NCBI RefSeq assembly: GCF_009914755.1
Contig: NC_060933.1
Source of the DNA: the human T2T-CHM13v2.0 reference genome, Homo sapiens
Length of the DNA: 64,000 bases
Reading direction: 5' to 3' (one strand)
The notes under the pieces were generated by a model. The model ran no database searches and had not been told where the DNA came from. It saw nothing but the letters and a program-made list of their open reading frames with translations. Shown one piece after another: positions 15,940 to 29,148 of this stretch. Position numbers and translations under genes: made by a program. The stretch's first letter is position 1. Each line of letters opens with the position of its first letter.

Positions 15940-16630
15940 TCATAAAGCCATGATTAATATTCTCAGGGAGATAAGGGAAAATGTCGCGCTCATCAAACAG
16001 AAACAGTATGCTATTAATCAAAGAAATTCTCGGGGAATAAGGAGGATTCATTTGAAATTGAAAATATAATAGTTAAAAAATCAAAGTGTTAAAAAGTTAA
16101 TGTAATCTTCTAGACTGTAGAACAAAGAGACAAAGAGATGAAGTTCAGTACTCAACTAATAAGAGTTTCAGAAAGAGAAAAAGAAGGAAAAAAAATCAAG
16201 TGATGCCAACATCAAAGAAATGAGAAGAATTTTTCAGGAAGTGGGAGTTAGAAGTTCCTATAATGAAAGAGCCCGCCAAGCTCTCAGAAAAATGGGTGAT
16301 AAAAACCCACTTCAAGGCAACATAACATGGTCAAATGTCAAAACTAATGAGTTTTTGATGTTTTCAGAGTTAAAAATGTGGTTACACATGATGGATCATG
16401 CTACAGAGCATGTAGATCATGATATGGATCATGATGTAAGCACAGAACTTCCCTACAGCAATACTGGAAGCTAGAAGATTGTTCTTCAAAATTTGGAATA
16501 AAACATTTTCCGTGAATAGTTCTATATGCAGCCAAACTTTCAACTAATTTGAGGACAGAATAAAGACATTTGCAGACATACGTGATGATAAACAGTTACT
16601 TTCCATGCACCCCTTCTTAGAAAGCTACTA
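15940..16630 (+). mobile_element. Ancient L1M/HAL1-type ORF1 remnant
   Basis: A-rich L1 ORF1-like motifs: ATAAGAGTTTCAGAAAGAGAAAA, CAGCAATACTGGAAGCTAGAAGA, ATATGCAGCCAAACT, AATAAAGACATTTGCAGACAT. Confidence 0.6.
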
Positions 16631-17163
16631 TCACAAAATATTAGTGGCATAACATCATCTTCTACCACCTGTATTTGAAAGAATAACTGCTTATTGAAAT
16701 CAGAGGGTTGGTTTACAGATTACTTATTTTAAAAGTCCAGGATACCTCATATTTAATAAATACTGGGTGTTAATAGTGCTGAGTTACTTGTCAGTTCAAA
16801 TTGTTAATTCGCCAGCCAGCAAGACCCTGAGAATTCAGCCTCTTACCTCTGTCAGAATTGCACTTAAATGTTCTAGACATATTAAAATCTGCTTTTTACA
16901 AGAAAATTCCTTCTTCCCTGTATGACCCATTCTAACACTTAACAATTTCCCACTGCTAAGAATTTCTTTGTTATGTCTCAGTTAAATCTCTTAAATTGCT
17001 ACTTAAGTGCATTTATTATTTTTTCCATTTTGGTGCTTTGTTATGGATACCAACTAACCAATGCCTGCATGTGTGTGCGCTCTCTCTGTCTCTCTGCCTG
17101 TCTGTTTCTCTCTCCCTTTCTAATCAAGCTTGCTTCAAATTCAAAGTGAAAATTTTTCGTTTG

Positions 17164-17278
17164 TTTTTTTTCTTTTTTTAATTTTATTTTATTATTATTA
17201 TACTTTAAGTTTTAGGGTACATGTGCACAATGTGCAGGTTAGTTACATATGTATACATGTGCCATGCTGGTGTGCTGC
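17164..17278 (-). mobile_element. Severely 5'-truncated young L1 (L1PA2/PA3-like) 3' end with tail
   Basis: ATTATTATACTTTAAGTTTTAGGGTACATGTGCACAATGTGCAGGTTAGTTACATATGTATACATGTGCCATGCTGGTGTGCTGC matches the terminal ~90 nt of the L1PA 3' UTR. Confidence 0.9.
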
Positions 17279-19759
17279 TGTTTTGACATGGTATCTTTAA
17301 AACAAAATGAAGGAGACTATACTCTGAAAGCTAATTTAGGGCAACTCATGGCTTTCACCAATTGTAGTCCTCTGATGCATAATTCTGTAGCATAATGTTT
17401 CTCTGAATAATGTAAATATGAAGAGAATTTGGCTATTTACTGACCTTTGGAAGTCTTACTAATTTAATTTAGCTTTCTATCCCTTGGAATGAACTACCTT
17501 CCTGGAACTTCCTATTCTGTTGTCATTGCCATGTCTATGGGACTATATTGTTAACCACTCACTCAGTCAAACTGAGTTTAATGTTAAATGATTTTAATAT
17601 TCACTGTTGATTTATTTTCTCTCCTATGTAAGTAGAAACAAAAGCATATATAGAAAGACTTAAAAGACCTGATTTCCTGAAAAAAAAATGGTTAACTTTT
17701 GAACACAGGTTCTTGTAGAAAATATTATTAACATAAAATTTAAATATATAGTAAAATACATACTTATATTACACAAATATTAAATAACTTTCTATAATAC
17801 AAGCAATTTATGAAGCATAGATAATGTGTATTTACCCTTTATATTAAATAATGAAACATTTTTGTTAATGTGTTAGCCTTCAAGGATAACTTTCCTGCTA
17901 GCAGTAGCTGATAATGATGCTACTGAGAAGACATCTTCAAGAGAGATTTATACTCTAAGTAGATCACAGACAAATCAATGCATAAAATGTAAATAGGCTG
18001 CGTGTTGTATCATTGGTGATTTCTGCTTTTATTTAGACCATTTAGGTGACTACCTTTAAAGTCTTTGGCAGTGTGTGGGTGGTCAAAGAATTTCTAAGCT
18101 ACTCCCTCTTGCTTTCAGATCATTGAACCAATTTAGCTCTAGTTAATAACTCTATTAACTGGATAATGGTTACTGTCCTTTTATCAGCTCAGTAACACTA
18201 CATCCCCATTATAAACAACTGGTCAGTAACATAAATCTCTTTATATAGTAATACACAAAATGCTTTGTCTCTTAAGGGCAGTCTCACAGACAGTAACTAG
18301 CACTATATTTTTCATTGGGAAAAGCTGCCTCAGGCTCCTGTGGGGCTGCAACTGGGTAGCATCTTCTAATCTCTTCTCCAGAGTTGAACAGATGGCAGCT
18401 CCCTGATTGGAAACTTGATTCAATGCTGCATTTAGTGTGATTAAAACAAATGGTGAGCCTGGAGCTGGGTGTATACACCCCACAGAACAGGTGGCAAAAT
18501 GGAAAGTGAAGGTAACCTGTTTATTTGTCTACACAACACTAAAGAAATGGCTTGATGAGTATTCTCCTTACTAGTGTGAATCTTTTTTTTTTTCCTTCAT
18601 CAAATGAATTGAATTGACCAGCTGTATTGGTGTCCTGTAGACACAGCCTGAAAAGTCTCCTGCTCTAACAGGCTTCAAGCTAGTAGGGGTCTGTAGTGAC
18701 GCAGCAGGTGCAGAGAGATCTAAGCCCTTGAATGTAATGTATACACAGAGCTCTGCAGACAGCCCCATGGAGCTACCACATAAGATGGTTTTTCATGTGT
18801 AAATGAGAAGGTCTTTTCATTTTTCAAGCTATTGCATTATATCCCCTTCTGCTGAAAGACAAATACAGGAAATCAACCAACACTGAGTTAATTACAGAGT
18901 GACCAGTTCTATAATCAGGATTGCAGATTTCAGTCTTGAGGTTTAAGTGCACAAGCATATTTTGCACTTTGGTACTCATAGTTCAAGCCATCTTGGGAAG
19001 TCATGGTTTTCATGATTTTGCTCCCTAGGACATCAGTGCTGGGAGCCTATTGGCTTTGAATGAAATGACTACCAGAATGGGGGTTGAAAACAGGAAATAC
19101 TTTTAGGGTGAAGAATTACGAAGAGCTCAATGGCTGATTTACAATGTGAGAAATTACTTGGAGTGGTGTTTTAATAGAAATTTATTTCCTTGAAAGTTGC
19201 TGCTAGAAAGCGATGTTGAAGTCTTCTAGAATGAATAGAAGAAAATAAGCGAGGATAAGATATATCTTTAATGATTCTCAGTGATGTTTCTTAATTGTGG
19301 AATGAAAAACTCTATTTAAAATTATTGTAAAAAAACAAGTCTTTTTCTACTTTCAATATTTTGGCTGTGTAATTTAGCTGTTGAAAGAGTAATTGTGATT
19401 TTTACTTACGTATCAGTAATTTTTTAATATATTTGATATTCCTGGTCCTATTATATAATGGAATCCTAAAATATTTAAAAAAGAAGTTGTCATGCTACTT
19501 GCTTATGTACATGCTTATGTATGTATGAGTATAGATGCATACACATATATCTTTTTGCTGTGTATGTATGTATCTATATATACATATATGTATAGACACA
19601 CACACATATATATACACATATGCAAAACACGCTATGTACTATTCCCTCCGAAACATTCAACAATTTATTTCTAAGGTGTTAAATGAAGACTTAATAATGA
19701 ATGCTAATACCTTTCCTATATGAAGGATTTTTCATGATAGACATTGAAATATGAAATTT

Positions 19760-19885
19760 TGATGGTACTATTATTCCCATTTTATAAGTGAAAAAGCTGA
19801 CTCAGTAAGGTTTGGTAATTTCCCAAGGTCACACAGCTCATACATTACAGGGTCAGGAATTTTAACTTCGGTCTTAAATCTTTTA
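19760..19885 (-). mobile_element. MIR fragment
   Basis: ATTCCCATTTTATAAGTGAAAAAGCTGACTCAG...TTTCCCAAGGTCACACAGCT. Confidence 0.7.
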
Positions 19886-22800
19886 ATCTGACATGTACCT
19901 TTTCTTGTTAACATATATGTTAATATAAAAGCTTCAAGTACATTGCAATATGTAGTAAAGTGAATATTACATATACATGTGCTAAAAATTTGCATGTTTA
20001 ACATTTCTTGAATGAATATGTTTTTTCTGGCATACATCTAATGTAGGAATAGTTAATTACAATCCAGTTTTTGTAAACAAGGTAGAGATCATGTATATCT
20101 TTGTTTCCTTTAGTGACATACGTCGCCTAAAGTTGTTCTTCCATATATGGATCGCATTTATGGGTTTTTTTTTTGTAAGCTTAGCCTCAAAAGATTAATA
20201 TCAGAAACATAATTTTAATGCCAGGTTTTTGTTTTCTTATTATTGTTAGTAGCTTCTGAAAATAGAATTTATCTCTTTTCCATATAGTACCTTCATATGA
20301 TGTAGCTCTCTGTAATGACAGGTGGCATTTTTTTTGTATGTTTGTTTGAACAAAAGCTCAAGAAAAATCTGAAACAGAAATATTTAATATTTATATACTC
20401 AAAGAAGGCATCAAGGACAAGCCTTAAAGACTCTTTGGCAAAAGCTCATTACTAAGCTCCATGTAGCCAGAAACTTACATGATTTGGGAACTTAATGTTT
20501 ATAGAAGTACTGACAGAACTGTGCCAAATGTTCTGGATAATGTGTCTTGGGAGAGATCAGGTGGGTTCAGATTCTACTACTCCATGTATTTTGCAATAAG
20601 ACTGGATTCCAGCCCTTGACTTCCTGAGTACAAAGGAGAAAAAGGAAAGGGTATCAGTTATTCCATAGCGGACAACTTCGGCACAATCCTGTTGGCTTTT
20701 CCACAAGTGTCTGCTATTGGTCAGCTCTGTCATTGACAGCTGGGGGATCGATGCCTGCAGAACAGCCACTAATGCTAATGGAGCTACACATGTTAAATCC
20801 CACTGCCCTGACAAAGGACAGATTCTGGTGTTGAATGTGAGACTTCTGTGAAAAGCAAGATGGGACTGATCTCACTAAAATAACTCTTCCTTCTTGCAAA
20901 TCTATAGCTTTTTACAAGACAAATTGAGCTTTTTTTCTCTCTGGTATTTGCTGGGAAAGGAAAAATGGAGGAAAAATATAACTGTTCTTCTTGGTGGTGC
21001 TTTACCAGTATGACTAGTTTTAGAAAATGCAGTTTTTAAAATACAGAAATATTCTTCGAATAGTTCTAGTCATTGTCTCTGCATAATCTCATTTATTCAG
21101 GTAAAAATGATGGAGCCAATAAGTTCTCCAGATGTTTCTATTAATAAATATTTCGCTATTCCAGATCCTATAAAAAAGGAAACAGGATGACTAGAGTTTT
21201 TTCAATCTTTTCTTCTGAAATTATAAATTCTTTTCATGATTTGAATGTGGATACTGATAGGGAGTTATACATTTTAACTGTGAGGTTTGGATTATTTAAC
21301 AACTTCTCCTAAGTATTATCATTGCTCTTGGCTTTATTCTACTTGATACTACAATGATTCCTTAGTAGAATTTTCTCACTTTAGAGGAAACATTGAGTTG
21401 ATAAAGGAATTTCTTTCTTATAGAGAAAAAGATTGGGTTCGTTTTCTCCTATTTCATGAAAGTGTTCATTAATGTCTAGATGTCTATTGAATGCCTACTT
21501 TTACTGTCCATCAGATGTACATCTGGGGACTGGGACTCGCCTTTTATTGTGGGAAGACATAAATTGAACCAAATTATTGCATAACATGTCTAGTGATAAG
21601 TGCCAGGAAGGAATACCAAGCAGCACAGTGGAGACAGACTTGTGGGTAAGAGGGCTGCTATTTTATATGTGGTGATGAGAGCTTAGATGGTGTTAGAGGT
21701 AAGGAGCTTGATGCTAAATGTTTGCTATTGGCTTATTTGGAAAGCCAGACCTAGAGGAATATCAAAATGGGTAACCTCTATTCGTTTTAGAGCACGACAT
21801 TTTACAAAGTGGCATAATCGGACATTTTTCTCTCTCTAATATGGCATAATTTTGAGCGACGGAGCCTTGAGCAAAGAAATCTGTCACCAGTTCCTTGTCA
21901 CATCAGTTACAGGCCACAATTGGGAATATTGAGATTCAGAATATTTCACAGCATTAAAGAAAGCCTGGAAGAATTTTGCCATCACTTTATTGAGCTCAGG
22001 AACAATATTGACTTCAGAGTCCTTGAGATACTTCAATCTCTACTTCTTTGCCTGTTCCCTATGCTTTCTTCTCCTCCTCTCCACCCCCCACCCCTTACTC
22101 TCCAAGGTGGATGCAGTCATCAGTCTGCAGAATTCATCATGGCATGCTTCTCTTCGAGTTAAAACCTGAAATCTGTCAAGTCACAGTGTCGATTATTGTT
22201 TTGAATTCTATGCCTAATTGTGGAACTACCAAATTAGCATTCTGCACATTTTTTCCAAGGGTTTTCTTTAGTTTCCCTACCACCAAACCCTAGGGTTGCT
22301 TGCTGTATCTACCTATAAAGAAATACACAGTCTTCCATACAAATAGTTAAAAGTTTTGTGGTAATTTAATCTTCAGTTGGAACATGCTAGGTGGTCTTGC
22401 ACCAGTTGCTTGTACTTGGTGAATAGGCAGGCGTGGAGCTAAAGCCTTCAAAAAGGTAAGGAAGAAGTCTAAGGACATGTATATGTGCATCAGCAATTAT
22501 TTTTTAAGCCAGATTGAAAACTCTTACGAGAGGTAATACTTCCCTTAGTTCCCTGATGAAGCAATTGAGGCTCATTTGGCCAGTCTGCCTCTCAATGCAG
22601 GGTTCTGAAAGATTATCTGAGTTACTAAAATTCAAACATCAAACACATAATTTTACCTTTTTGTGTTTTTAGTGTGTATGTGTAGGGGGTAGGGTAGTGT
22701 AGCTGTAGGTATGTGTGTCATTATTATATAACAGATTTCACTGGCTTTTGCAGTAATATCTCTCTTAATACATTATAATATCCTTCAATTCTATTTTAAG

Positions 22801-24319
22801 TTCTCATTGAACTGATAGGATTTTGCTATTTTAATGATGTTTACTAAAATCGATAAAATGCTGAATAGTTTTTTAAAAAAGCTTTGTGCAACAACAAATA
22901 AAATTTATTTCATACTATCTATTAATCTTAATCTTGTAGTAGATTTATCATACATTTAAATTCTTCACATGCTTGCTAAGATTACCAGAAAAAAAATAAC
23001 AAATTGTAGCTGAGCAGATGAGGAACGCATTTATCATTGCATTCTTCTCATATTTTACTCAGAACTTACACAATGATTATTACTGTCCATACATTTAAAA
23101 TATGATAGTAAAATATGTAATAATTACACCATATCCTAGGCCGTAGGCTAAAAGCTTTGTGTTCCTTATCTCATTTCCTCCTCATTGCACTCCTGTGAGG
23201 AAGATTCTATGATAATGCCTATTAGAGAGAAAATAAACACATGGTTGATCAGGTTGGAAAACTTGCCCAAAGTTACATAACCAGAGGTGGGCTTAAGATT
23301 AGGCAGGTGACTTGAGAACAGACACCAAACTTATGCCATTTCTAGAGACTAGTGGAGAAAACATGAAATTCAGAATTGGCAGTTCCTCATTTTAACAGCA
23401 TTATAATTTTAGATATTGTTATTTGACTCACAAAACAGGAATATTAAGAAAAAAATAGACAAATATGTGCAAAAGTGCCTTGAAAATGTTCATACTAGCT
23501 AAATAGATATAGTTTCATTTATTATTTCCTTAAAAAACAATTTCTTGCCAAGCTTTTTTGTTGGACACAGTAGGCTATAATTTAAAAAGTAAATGAGAAA
23601 CAGATAAAGTTATTTAAAAATTTTTAAAAATCAATGCATTGCTTTTTAAAAGTAGCATTGAAAATTTCACAGCTTTAATGCAAGGACCTTTATGTTATAA
23701 TTTTCATCTAACACAGGTATATGTAGGAATGCAAGAGACTTGATCTTAAAAAATAATGTAGAATATCATAAATATTTATCATATGGGGCAAATATATTTT
23801 CTTTCTTAGAGCTTTCAATAGGTTAATATGATGTGAAAAACAGCAAAGAAATTTTAGCCAAACTTTGGAAGAACAGCAATGACTGAAACACCTCTATTCA
23901 TATTTTAATAAAAATACCTATTAAACTATTAGAACGTAAACATTTTAAATAGCTGTCCCTGAAAACCGAGAGTCCACTGAAAAAATATAAGAATTTATGT
24001 AAAATTCCAGCAAAATGGCAAATTTAAACATTGTTGGTTTATATAATCAGATGGAAACTGTCTTAAGAAACTTATTGTATTCAAATTAGCAATAAAATAC
24101 ATAAAAATGCTCAGAAATATACTAAATAAAAAAGAAGTAAAACGTTGCATGTGATATGAAACTTGACTTTCTGGATCAGTGGAGAAACAGACAAGTCACT
24201 GATATTAAGTATTATAAATACAATGATCATAAGCCAGTTGGAGAAGACTAATGAAATCACCATAGTATTTTGGTATTTTTCACTGGGTTCCCTACTCTTG
24301 TATGTTGTTGTAGCTTAAC

Positions 24320-25110
<791 letters not shown>

Positions 25111-25148
25111 AAGGCATGAATCGGATATACTCCTCCCTAGGTGGTAAG

Positions 25149-27421
25149 TTATATGGTTTGGCTGTGTTCCCACCCAAATCTCATCTTGAATTGAGGTTCC
25201 CATAATCCACACATATCATGGGAGGGACCTGGTGAAAGGTAATTTAATCATGGGGGTGATTATCCCCATGCTGCTCTTCTCATGATAGTGAGTGAATTCT
25301 CATGAGATCTGATGGTTTTATAAAGGGCTTTTTTCCCTTTTGCTCAACACTTCTTCCTGCCATTATGTAAAGAACGACAAGTTTGCTTCCACTTCTGCCA
25401 TGAGTGTAAGTTTCCTGAGGCCTCCCGAGCCATGTGAAACTGTGAGTCAATTAAACCTCTTTCCTTTATAAATAACCCAGCTTTGGGCAGCATAAGAATA
25501 GACTAACACAGTAAATTGGTAGTGCAGAGAGTAGGGAGCTGCTGTAAAGATTTCCAAAAATATGGAATTGACTTTGGAACAAGATAACAGGAAGAGGTTG
25601 GAACAGTTTGGAGGGCTCAAAAGAAGATAGGAAAATGTGGGAAAGTTTGGAACTTCCTAGAGACTTGTTGAATGACTGTGACCAAAATGCTGACAGTGAT
25701 ATGGATAGTGAAGTCCAGGCTGAGGTGGTCTCAGATGGAGATGAAGAAATTGTTGGGAACTGAAGTAAAGGTCACTCTTGCTATGCAAAGAGACTGGTGG
25801 CATTTTGTCCCTGCCCTAGAGTTCTGTGGAACTTTAAACTTGAGAGAGACGATTTAGGGTATCTGGCAGGAGAAATTTCTAAGCAGCACAGTATTCAAAA
25901 GGAAGCAGAGCATAAAAATTTGAAAAATTTGAAAAATTTGCAGCCTTATGATGCGGTAGAAAAGAAAAAACTCATTTTCAAGGGAGAAATGCAAGCTGGC
26001 TACAGAAATTTACATAAGTAACCAGGAGTCAAATGCTAATCAGCAAGACAATGGGGAAAATGTCTCCAGTGCATGTCAGAGACCTTATAGGCACCTCCTC
26101 CCATCACAGGCTCAGAGACTTATTGGGGAAAATTGGTTTCCTTGGCTTGGTCAGGGACTTTCTGCTGTGTGCATCCTCAGACTTGGTGCCCTGCATCCCA
26201 GCAGCTTCAGCTCCAGCCATGGCTAAGAGGGGCGAAGGTACAGCTCGGGCCATTGCTTGTCAGGGTGCAGGCCCCAAACCTTGTCAGCATACATGTAGTG
26301 TTGGCCCTGTGGGTGCACAGAAGTCAAGAACTGAGGTTTGGGAACTTCCACCTAGATTTCAGAGAGTGTATGGAAATGCCTACATGTCCAGGCAGAAGTT
26401 TGCTGTGGGGGTGGAGCCCTCATGGCGAACCTCTGCTAGGGCAGTGTAGAAGGGAAATGTGGGGTTGGAGCCCCCACACAGAGTCTTCACTGGGGCACTG
26501 CCTAGTGGAGCTGTGAGAAGAGGGCCATTGTCGTCCAGGCTCCAAAATGGTAGATTCACTAACAGCTTGTACTTTGCGCTTGGAGAAGTTGTAGACACTA
26601 AACGCCAGGCCATGAAAGCAGCTGGGAGGAGGACTGTATGCTGCAAAGCCACAGGGGTGGAGCTGCGTACAGCCATGAGAACTCACTTCTTGCATCAATG
26701 TGCCCTGGATGTGAGACATGGAGTCAAAGAAAATCATTTTGGAACTTTAAAGTTTAATGACTGCCCTATTGTATTACAGACTTGCATGGGGCCTGTAGTC
26801 CCTTGTTTTGTCCAATTTCTCCAATTTAGAATGAGTGTGTTTACCTAACACCTGTTCCCTCATTTTATCTAGGAAGTAACTAACTTGTTTTCAGTTTTAC
26901 AAGCTTATAGGCAGAAGGGACTTGTCTTGTCTCAGATGAACCTTTGGACTTGGACTTTTGAGTTAATGCTGGAATGAGTTAAGACTTTGATGGATTATTG
27001 GAAAGGCATGATTGTGCTATGAAATGTGAGGACATGAGATTTTGGAGGGGCCAGGTGTGTGACGATACGGTTTGGCTTTGGCTAATCATGAATTTTAGTG
27101 CCCATAATCCCCATATGTCATGAAAGGGACCTAGTGGGAGGTAATTGAATCATGAGGGCAGAATACCGCCATGCTACTCTTCTCATGATAGTGAGTGAGT
27201 TATGAGATCTGATGGTTTCATAAGGGGCTTTTCCACTTTTGCTTGACACTTCTTCCTGCCATTATGTGAAGAAGGACGTGTTTGTTTCCCCTTCTGCAAT
27301 GATTGTAAGTGTCCTGAGGTCTCCCTAGCCATGCAGAAGTGTCAATCAATAAATGTCTTTTGTTTGTAAATTACCCAGTCTTGGGCAGTCCTTTATAGCA
27401 GTGTGAGAATGGACTAATACA
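25149..27421 (+). mobile_element. Complete THE1 (ERVL-MaLR, THE1C-like) element: LTR 25149-25510, internal region, LTR 27063-27421
   Basis: Both LTRs start like TGATATGGTTTGGC and end GACTAA(C/T)ACA. Purine-rich tract precedes the second LTR. Perfect 5-bp TSD GTAAG at 25144-25148 and 27422-27426. Confidence 0.93.
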
Positions 27422-29109
27422 GTAAGCATTATATTGATGATGATGATAATAATGGTAACTGTCATTAAGTAAGCTTTTGCTGTATCAGACTGTATCACAT
27501 TCTATGTGTTAAATGTATTTTATATGTGTAATTGTAACAAGATAAATTTAAAGTTCAGCTCAGTCACTGAGACAACAAAATTGTCAGATCCTTAAAAGTG
27601 TGTGCATATCTTGGAATGGGATATCATGAAATGGGATATATGAGAATGGCTTTCATGGCTCTTGCGTAGAGTTTTCTGTGAATGAAGCATTGATAGCACA
27701 CCATTGTTTCATCTTGAAACGTAGAGAGCTTCAACTGGACTTACTAGAAGGCTTGCTATGCATTCTTTGCAGTTGAGGAACCCTGCTGTGATTCCTGAAT
27801 GTACCACTGAAAACTAAAGCTGAATTTGGTGAAGAAAGATGTGAAAGTAGGAAGCTGCACTCAAGAAGTAAACACACTTACACTGAATGCAATACATAGT
27901 AATTTGAACAGGAGTTTAATCTAGTTAATGGGGACCCTATGGAGGGTCAGAGGACTCCAATAGCCAGTGTGAGTTGTAGACAACTAGAGAACTAGGGCTG
28001 AGGATGGAGGAGTGGCCAGGAGGCTGCAGTGCTAGAGGCTGAGCAAGAGACTACTGTGGAGCTCCCGGAAGTCGCATAAACATCTTCCTCACCCAGAGAA
28101 CAAGCAAGTACTTTCCTGTCCTGGCATCTCTTTCTTGTACTCTTTGACCTTGGTGAGATTTAAACAGTGGCAGATAATTTGAGGAAAAGGTGAAAAAGCT
28201 GAGCAGAGAAAGAGAGTAGGAGTTTATTACATCCGCTCCCTGAAGACCAGCAGGTTACCAAGTACAGGATTTGCTCCAGAGGAAGAAAATAAGAGCAAAG
28301 GGATTAAAGTGATGAATTAATAACTTTGATGGGATGTAGCAAATTACTGAATCAAGACAGGGCTTTGTAACATAAAGTTATTGTATAACTATTTATTATC
28401 AAAATGTAAAGGGAATTGCTTTTCTCACTAGATAGTTTTTGCTTCCCAATGTCCATTTAAAATTTAAGTTTCAATTTGATTGCATTCCAGGTGTCATTCT
28501 TGTGCAAGTTCTGAGTACATGTGAATTATTAGCTCACATAATGCATTGGTTTCGATGTTCACAGATGTTCACGTGAAAAGCAAAAAAAAAAAAAAAAAAT
28601 AGCTAATAGACGAGGAATTCAGTAGAAAATAATTGTTGCCCTTCAGATTGCCATTTAAACCAGGATCGCAAACAGCTTAGTGTTGACCTGTTCTGGAAGA
28701 TAATAACTGTTTGTACCTCAAAGAGCTAGATTTTAGAAAGCTCTCTGCAGAAAAAAATATTTAAGGTGTGAATCCTTTCAGAATTGTTTATTTCATTTCT
28801 CAGCATTCCATTGTTCTAGTCTAGATTCATATCAGCTAACTGCATGTCTTTCTCTGAAGCACACTATTTGTTTTTAAGCAGGAGACATGAAAAATGAGAG
28901 TTCTATATTGAGATGTAACTTGGTCACAGCAGAATGATCTCCATCTAGTTATATCACAGAGCTAGCAGAGCCTTAAGAAACTAGAGACAGGGCTTTGAAA
29001 TGACAGTTGCAAGTATAATGAAATAGTCACTCTCTTTACTCAAAGCTTATGGGTAAAGACTTTTTTTCCTGGCAGGTTTATCTTTTTTTAAAATATCAGC
29101 CACCAGTCA

Positions 29110-29110
<1 letters not shown>

Positions 29111-29142
<32 letters not shown>
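29111..29142. repeat. (AC)16 microsatellite
   Basis: Direct count. Confidence 0.95.

Positions 29143-29148
<6 letters not shown>

Noticed and set aside
25672-26848. Cluster of overlapping 60-138 aa ORFs
   Set aside because: All lie in the THE1 internal region, which commonly gives spurious ORFs.
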